IMG/VR virus record: IMGVR_UViG_3300029775_000009
Span: 1 to 36,221 of that record
Source of the DNA: a virus
Strand: one strand, 5' to 3'
Length of the DNA: 36,221 nt
Shown: piece by piece, positions 31,300-36,221 of the stretch
How the letters are laid out: every line of letters starts with the position of its first letter
How positions within the stretch are numbered: the stretch's first letter is position 1
The notes under the pieces: model-generated
What the model saw: the letters and a program-made list of their open reading frames with translations, nothing else
Told to the model about the DNA's origin: nothing
Database searches by the model: none
Program-made: the position numbers and the translations under genes

Positions 31300-31590
31300 A
31301 TGGCCTGGACATCCGAAAGCCTGCTCGCGCCGGTGAAGCTCTGGCTCCGCATTTCGTCCGGTAAAATGGACGACGAGTTGACACAGACCATCGACGCCTG
31401 CAAGCTCGACCTGCAAAATTCCGGCGTAAAAAATCTGGATTCCAGCGACCCGCTCATCCGGCAGGCCGTCAAGCTCTACTGCAAGGCGCAGTTCGGGTAC
31501 GACGATTCCGCCGGGAAGTTTGCGGAAGCCTACGAGCATCTCAAGGCAGCGCTGTCGCTTTCCGGAGATTATAACGTTGAGGGGGCTTAG
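31300..31590 (+). CDS. Head-tail connector (gp6-like)
   Basis: 96 aa; the call rests on position and size. Confidence 0.6.
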   Translation: MAWTSESLLAPVKLWLRISSGKMDDELTQTIDACKLDLQNSGVKNLDSSDPLIRQAVKLYCKAQFGYDDSAGKFAEAYEHLKAALSLSGDYNVEGA

Positions 31591-31592
31591 GC

Positions 31593-31928
31593 ATGTATTT
31601 TACCGACGAAATCACGCTGATTACCTATGAGGAGCATCAGGACGAAATCGGAAACTGGATTAAAACGCCGGTGAAAACGGAGGCGTTTTGCTCGATTTCC
31701 AGCATTACCCGCGCCGAGTTTTTCGACGCCGGCCGGAACGGCATGAAGCCCGGCTGTGTGGCTACTATGCGAAAATGCGATTATGACGGGCAGACCGAAG
31801 TAGAGTTAAACGGAAAGTGCCTGCACGTTTATCGAACCTATTTGCAAATCGCCCGCGCACAGCATCAGGCGTCCAGCAATCCCGATATGATTGAACTGCA
31901 TTTGGAGGAGATTGCGAATGGCAATTAA
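31593..31928 (+). CDS. Head closure / head-tail adaptor protein
   Basis: 111 aa. The pattern ITLITYEEHQDEIGNWIKTPVKTEAFCSISSITRAEFFDAGRNG is typical of head-tail joining proteins. Confidence 0.6.
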   Translation: MYFTDEITLITYEEHQDEIGNWIKTPVKTEAFCSISSITRAEFFDAGRNGMKPGCVATMRKCDYDGQTEVELNGKCLHVYRTYLQIARAQHQASSNPDMIELHLEEIANGN

Positions 31929-32301
31929 AGTAAGCGCAAACAATCTGTCCGTCGTCCTTGAAAAAATGCTCGGCGAATACGCGGAAAGCGTGCGGCAGGG
32001 TGTCAAAAAAGATGTCCATGATGTGGCTGTCGAATGCCGGGACGAAATTAAGAAAAAGTCCCCGGTAGATACCGGAAAATACCGGGCCGGCTGGTCGACG
32101 AGAACGGCATTTGAATCGTTTGACGATATCCGCATGGAAGTTTACAATCGCTCAAAACCGTACCTTACGCATCTGCTTGAAAATGGCCACGCAAAAGTCA
32201 ATGGGGGCCGTGTTGAGGGCCGTCCGCATATCCGGCCAGCGGATGAACATGCCGAGGAAGAGCTTGACCGCCGGGTGAAAGCGACGGTGAAAAAAGGATG
32301 A
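31918..32301 (+). CDS. HK97 gp10-family tail/neck protein
   Basis: ATG 31918 follows GGAGGAG. SPVDTGKYRAGWS is the gp10-family signature. Confidence 0.65.
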   Translation: MAIKVSANNLSVVLEKMLGEYAESVRQGVKKDVHDVAVECRDEIKKKSPVDTGKYRAGWSTRTAFESFDDIRMEVYNRSKPYLTHLLENGHAKVNGGRVEGRPHIRPADEHAEEELDRRVKATVKKG

Positions 32302-32630
32302 AACTATCATCGCTGAAAACGATTTTGGAAGGCACCGGAATCCCGTTTGTCTATCATTCGTGGCCGGTCGGGAAGGCCCCGCTTCTCCCCTGGGGCTGCT
32401 ATCTTGAAGCCTATGGGAACTCTTTCGGCGCGGACAACGTGGCTTATTCCTCCGCCAGGCACATGCAGGTGGAACTCTACACTGCAAAAAAAGACCCGGC
32501 ATCCGAAAAAAAGATTGAGGACGCGTTGACAGCGGCAAGCATTTTTTATGAAAAAACAGAAGAAACATATCTCGAAACAGAGCACTGCTTTGAGACATTA
32601 TATGAATTAGAGGTGTTGAACGATGGATAA
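32298..32630 (+). CDS. Tail completion / terminator-position protein
   Basis: 110 aa, called by position between gp10-like and the major tail protein. ATGA overlap. Confidence 0.4.
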   Translation: MKLSSLKTILEGTGIPFVYHSWPVGKAPLLPWGCYLEAYGNSFGADNVAYSSARHMQVELYTAKKDPASEKKIEDALTAASIFYEKTEETYLETEHCFETLYELEVLNDG

Positions 32631-33243
32631 AAACAAGGTCAAGTTTGGCCTGCGGAACGTTCACTACGCCAAAATGACCATCGGCGTGGATGGCACTCCG
32701 ACCTATGCTGCGCCCGTCTCATGGCCGGGGGCTGTGTCTCTGGGCCTTGACGCTGAGGGGGACACAACGCCGTTTTACGCGGACGATACGGCCTATTATG
32801 TGTCGGTCGCGAATAACGGCTATTCCGGCGATTTTGAGTCCACTCTGGTCCCGGACGAATTCCGGGAGGAAATTATGGGTGACGTCAAGGATGCGGACGG
32901 GGTACAGATTGAGGATGCGTCGGTCCAGCCGGAAGCGTTTGCGCTGCTTTTTGAGTTTGAGGGCGACAAAAACGCGATTCGGCACGTCCTGTATAACTGC
33001 AAGATGACGCGGCCGTCCGTTGAGAGCGAAACCACGGAGGATTCCGTGGAGCCGAAAACAGAGACGGGCACCATCACTGCGTCCCCGCTCGTGCTGCCGG
33101 AGCCCATTACTATCGGCACTGGGGAAACTGCGAAGACCATTTCCACTATCGTCAAGGGCAAGACCACGGCGGACACCACGACGGGCGTCTATCAGGGCTG
33201 GTACAATGCGGTACATCTGCCGGGTGCGGCGGCAACGCCGTAA
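32623..33243 (+). CDS. Major tail protein
   Basis: 206 aa. The N-terminus KVKFGLRNVHYAKMT..GTPTYAAPVSWPGAVSLGLDAEGDTTPFYADD is typical of phi13/TP901-type major tail proteins. Confidence 0.75.
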   Translation: MDKNKVKFGLRNVHYAKMTIGVDGTPTYAAPVSWPGAVSLGLDAEGDTTPFYADDTAYYVSVANNGYSGDFESTLVPDEFREEIMGDVKDADGVQIEDASVQPEAFALLFEFEGDKNAIRHVLYNCKMTRPSVESETTEDSVEPKTETGTITASPLVLPEPITIGTGETAKTISTIVKGKTTADTTTGVYQGWYNAVHLPGAAATP

Positions 33244-33249
33244 ACAGAG

Positions 33250-33278
33250 TTGACGCGCTCCCTCCGCGGGAGTATAAT
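33250..33278 (+). promoter_or_regulatory. Consensus promoter internal to the tail module (moron promoter)
   Basis: TTGACG (33250-33255), a 17-nt spacer, then TATAAT (33273-33278). The spacer holds CTCCC-TCCGC-GGGAG. Confidence 0.6.
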
Positions 33279-33306
33279 TTTGGTAAACGAAGGGAGTGCG
33301 TGAACC

Positions 33307-33807
33307 ATGTTTGATAAAAAGGTTCCGGAAGCCGGGGAAGTTTTTCACATTAAGAGTTCCAGCGGGTCAGTTTTGAAAGTTTTCGATGATAGGGCTGTAA
33401 TTACGCAGGAAGGCGTCCGCGGCGTTATCGCACGCGGACTTTCCGGAGAAAAGACAATTTATTACTCGGATATCAGCTCGGTGCAATTCCGCAAATGCGG
33501 GATTAATCCGGGATTCCTGGAGTTTACTTTTCCGGGTTCGAATGACCGCCCAGGCGGGGCAAATGCGGGTTCGGAAAATGAGAATCGATTTGAATTTGCC
33601 GCCCTGCATATTGGAAAGATGAATAAACAGATGGAGAAAGTCAATGAATTCATCCAGGGAAAAATCCGGGAAGCACACATGAAAAGCCCCACGACCACAG
33701 GCAGTGGCGGCGCCGATGAATTGATGAAATTAAAGTCTCTGCTGGATTCCGGAGCCCTGACAAAAGCGGAGTTTGAATTAGAAAAGCAAAAGGTCCTTGC
33801 AAAATAA
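33307..33807 (+). CDS. Moron: PH-like (DUF4429-like) N-terminal domain with a C-terminal SHOCT-like motif
   Basis: 166 aa. The C-terminus ELMKLKSLLDSGALTKAEFELEKQKVL fits the SHOCT pattern. The N-terminus (..RAVITQEG.....GEKTIYYSDISSVQFRK.G..PGFLEF) resembles bacterial PH/DUF4429. The gene interrupts the normally adjacent major tail protein and chaperone genes. Confidence 0.55.
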   Translation: MFDKKVPEAGEVFHIKSSSGSVLKVFDDRAVITQEGVRGVIARGLSGEKTIYYSDISSVQFRKCGINPGFLEFTFPGSNDRPGGANAGSENENRFEFAALHIGKMNKQMEKVNEFIQGKIREAHMKSPTTTGSGGADELMKLKSLLDSGALTKAEFELEKQKVLAK

Positions 33808-33825
33808 AATAAAAAAAAATAGCAG

Positions 33826-33852
33826 GCATCCTCCTCGGAGGGTGCTTCTCTT
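33826..33852 (+). terminator. Terminator-like hairpin after the moron
   Basis: GCATCCT..AGGGTGC stem (one G-U pair) followed by TTCTCTT. Confidence 0.45.
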
Positions 33853-33882
33853 ATATGAAAAAATAAGAAAGGTGGATGGAAA

Positions 33883-34272
33883 ATGATTAAAACAATCACC
33901 GTAAAAGGCGCCGATGGGAATGACGTGCAGGTAAAAATGAAGGCCGACGCCTCCATCCCGCGCCTATATCGCATCAAATTCAAGCGGGACATTTTTAAGG
34001 ACCTCGGTGCTCTCCAGTCTCGCCTCGAAAAGACAAAGACCGAGGGTGAGCAGCTCGGCGCGCTGGACCTTGAAATGTTTGAGAATGTGGCCTATCTGCT
34101 CGCAAAACACGCCGACCCGGATAACGTTCCGTCGGACCCGGACGAATGGCTGGAGCAGTTTTCCATGTTTTCGATTACGGAAATCTTGCCGCAGATTTTG
34201 GAACTCTGGGGCTTTAATATGCAGACCACCAGCGTCCCAAAAAAAAAGAGCGGCCCACAGAGCGGGAAGTAA
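33883..34272 (+). CDS. Tail assembly chaperone (G)
   Basis: 129 aa, immediately upstream of the tape measure, ending just after a slippery A-run. Confidence 0.75.
   Translation: MIKTITVKGADGNDVQVKMKADASIPRLYRIKFKRDIFKDLGALQSRLEKTKTEGEQLGALDLEMFENVAYLLAKHADPDNVPSDPDEWLEQFSMFSITEILPQILELWGFNMQTTSVPKKKSGPQSGK
34239..34248 (+). promoter_or_regulatory. Programmed -1 ribosomal frameshift site (A AAA AAG)
   Basis: An A9 run followed by G, read as CCA AAA AAA AAG in the zero frame. Confidence 0.65.
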
Positions 34273-34433
34273 ACACCCCGCTTTTTTTGTTGCGCTGCGT
34301 GGAACTCGGATTGAGCATATCAGACCTTGACCTGCTGACTGTGGGGATGGTGCTGGATATGCTGACCGAGCAAAAAAACGATGAGTACAAATATCCGAGG
34401 CTTGCGTCGCAAGCCGATTTTGATAGGTGGTGA
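34239..34433 (+). CDS. T extension of the tail assembly chaperone (GT product via -1 frameshift)
   Basis: The -1 frame is open from the slippery site to TGA 34431-34433, 4 nt before the tape-measure ATG. It reads ..KKKERPTEREVNTPLFLLRCVELGLSISDLDLLTVGMVLDMLTEQKNDEYKYPRLASQADFDRW*. Confidence 0.6.
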   Translation, partial: KKKERPTEREVNTPLFLLRCVELGLSISDLDLLTVGMVLDMLTEQKNDEYKYPRLASQADFDRW

Positions 34434-34437
34434 TTTT

Positions 34438-36221
34438 ATGGCTTCAGGTGGTCGTATCAAAGGAATTACGGTTGAGATTGGTGGCGATACCGGACCGCTG
34501 TCGTCTGCTCTGAAGGGCGTCAACGGTACAATCCGTGAGACTGGGTCGCAACTCAAGGACGTAAACCGTTTGCTAAAGCTCGACCCGACAAACGTCACGC
34601 TGCTCGGTCAAAAAGCTGGAGCTGCGCAAAAAGAACTGCTTGCTTTGCAGGAGAAAGAGAAAACCCTTAAAGCCGCAGACAGCGATTTGAAAAAGCAACT
34701 GTCCGAAGGCAAAATTTCCACGGAGCAATATCAGGCCTATCAGCGCGAACTTATCGCTACGCAGGAAAAAATCAAAGGATTGAAAAAGGAATCCACAACG
34801 GTGGGCAATGTGCTGGAAGCTTTCGGGGAAAAAGCCAAAACTTCCGGGCAGAAAATTGCAAGTGCCGGCGAAAAGATGCTCCCCGCTACTGCAGCAATCG
34901 GTGCGGTTGGCGGTGCCGCAGTCAAAACTGCATCTAATTTTGAGACATCCATGTCGCAGACGGCTGGGGCGCTCGATATCCCCATGAGCAAAATGGGCGG
35001 CCTGCGCGACCTTGCCATGAAAATGGGCGCCGATACGCAGTTTTCCGCTACCGAGGCGGGCAATGCCATGACGGAGCTTGCCAAAGGCGGCCTGACTGAG
35101 GCGGAAATCCAAAGTGGCGCGCTGAAATCCACAATGGATTTAGCGGCATCGTCCGGGATGGAGCTGGGTGACGCGGCAAATACTGTTGTACAGGCGATGG
35201 GCGGATTCGGGCTTTCGGCAAAGGATTCCGCGCAGGCTGTCAACGCTCTGGCAGGCGCGGCGGCGGCATCATCCACGGACGTTGGTCCGCTTGCGGATGC
35301 CCTCTCGCAGTGCGCCGCTCAGGCACATACTGCCGGCTGGAGCATACAGGACACGACGGCAGTGCTGGGCGCTTTTGCGGATGCCGGGATTGCCGGGTCC
35401 GATGCCGGTACATCGCTTAAAACGATGCTACAAAGGCTCGGCGCGCCGACGAATGCCGCCGCGAAGGAAATGAAATCCCTCGGAATCAATGTGTGGGATA
35501 GCAGCGGCCACATGAAAGATGCGGGCGGCATCGCGGATGAATTAAAAACGCACCTTGGCGGGCTATCCGACCAACAGAAGCAGCAGGCGCTGGCTACGAT
35601 TTTCGGCAGCGATGCGACCCGCGCGGCAACGGTGCTGATGGGCGAAGGGTCCATAGGATTATCGAAATACACCAAGGCAACCAACGACCAGACTGCGGCT
35701 TCTCGGCTTGCAAATTCGCAGATGGGCCCGACCGAAAAAGCGCTGGAGCAACTGAAAGGGTCACTTGAAACCGCGGCCATATCCATCGGCACTATGTTGC
35801 TGCCGATGATACAAAAACTGACCGGCTTTATTAAGGGCCTTGCTGACAAGTTCGCCGCGTTGAATCCGCAGCAGCAGCAGATTATCATTACAATTTTAGG
35901 CATTGTGGCGGTCCTAGGGCCGCTATTAATCCTTATAGGAAAATTAAAAGAAGGCATTGGCGGACTAATAGGCGGGATAGCCTTTTTTATAAGACACCCG
36001 ATTGTTGCGGGCATCCTGGTTGCTATTGCCGCGATTGCCGCACTGGTAATCGCGATAAAGCATCTGTGGGATACCAGCGAGGGCTTCCGCAACGGATTAA
36101 TATCCGGGTGGAATAAGATAAAGTCTATATGGTCTGGTGCTCCTGGCTGGTTTGGCAATGTGTGGAATGCTATCCTAGACCATTTTAAGCCAGATATGAT
36201 TTCAACTAGATTCGAGAACGC
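34438..36221 (+). CDS. Tape measure protein, N-terminal part (runs off the window end and continues at base 1)
   Basis: The ATG at 34438 is followed by MASGGRIKGITVEIGGDTGPLSSALKGVNGTIRETGSQLKDVNRLLKLDPTNVTLL, a canonical TMP N-terminus. The frame is open to 36221. The combined length with 1..773 is 825 aa. This ORF is not listed in the track because it has no stop within the window. Confidence 0.85.
   Translation, partial: MASGGRIKGITVEIGGDTGPLSSALKGVNGTIRETGSQLKDVNRLLKLDPTNVTLLGQKAGAAQKELLALQEKEKTLKAADSDLKKQLSEGKISTEQYQAYQRELIATQEKIKGLKKESTTVGNVLEAFGEKAKTSGQKIASAGEKMLPATAAIGAVGGAAVKTASNFETSMSQTAGALDIPMSKMGGLRDLAMKMGADTQFSATEAGNAMTELAKGGLTEAEIQSGALKSTMDLAASSGMELGDAANTVVQAMGGFGLSAKDSAQAVNALAGAAAASSTDVGPLADALSQCAAQAHTAGWSIQDTTAVLGAFADAGIAGSDAGTSLKTMLQRLGAPTNAAAKEMKSLGINVWDSSGHMKDAGGIADELKTHLGGLSDQQKQQALATIFGSDATRAATVLMGEGSIGLSKYTKATNDQTAASRLANSQMGPTEKALEQLKGSLETAAISIGTMLLPMIQKLTGFIKGLADKFAALNPQQQQIIITILGIVAVLGPLLILIGKLKEGIGGLIGGIAFFIRHPIVAGILVAIAAIAALVIAIKHLWDTSEGFRNGLISGWNKIKSIWSGAPGWFGNVWNAILDHFKPDMISTRFEN
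36143..36221. repeat. 79-bp terminal duplicate of bases 1-79 (circular closure signature)
   Basis: Base-for-base identity checked by eye. Confidence 0.95.

Overview
The window is a complete, circularly closed genome of a siphovirus-type, HK97-fold tailed phage. Bases 1-79 are identical to 36143-36221, so the unit length is 36,142 bp. Gene content suggests a Gram-positive (Bacillota/Clostridia-like) host. The junction falls inside the tape-measure gene. Gene order on the + strand: tape-measure C-terminus, distal tail and fibre genes (0.8-5.0 kb), then a lysis module (5.1-7.1 kb: GH25 remnant, Amidase_3 endolysin, LL-H holin). A 7.1-15.4 kb accessory and lysogeny-switch region follows, then replication/recombination genes (16-24 kb: C5-methyltransferase, Gp157/Sak4-like ATPase/DUF669, SF3-like ATPase, iteron origin, DEAH helicase, VRR-NUC) and a late-activator-like gene. 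A 0.65-kb ORF-free hairpin-rich region comes next, followed by an HK97-like late module (HNH, TerS, TerL, portal, ClpP-like protease, capsid, connectors, major tail protein, chaperone G/GT with a -1 frameshift, tape measure). The stand-out is an AT-rich, tightly coupled four-gene operon at 7486-10709. It is controlled by a divergent RHH gene and a palindromic operator. It encodes a 4-Cys zinc-ribbon protein (Csf1/Cas8-like), two proteins with RAMP hallmarks (Cas7-like and Cas5-like), and a protein carrying the ordered motifs of the tRNA-guanine transglycosylase/DpdA superfamily. The closed genome has no CRISPR array, cas6, adaptation genes or effector nuclease/helicase. I read this as a candidate undescribed type IV-like, array-less RAMP complex coupled to a base-exchange enzyme. 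Other notable points: two acr-aca-like operons with consensus promoters; a tRNA 3' fragment (attP-like) with no integrase anywhere; three regulatory-region genes broken at homopolymer runs; an endolysin domain-swap scar; and a self-contained moron (DUF4429/SHOCT-like) inside the tail module. All functional calls rest on motif recognition by eye and gene order. No database search or computation was run.
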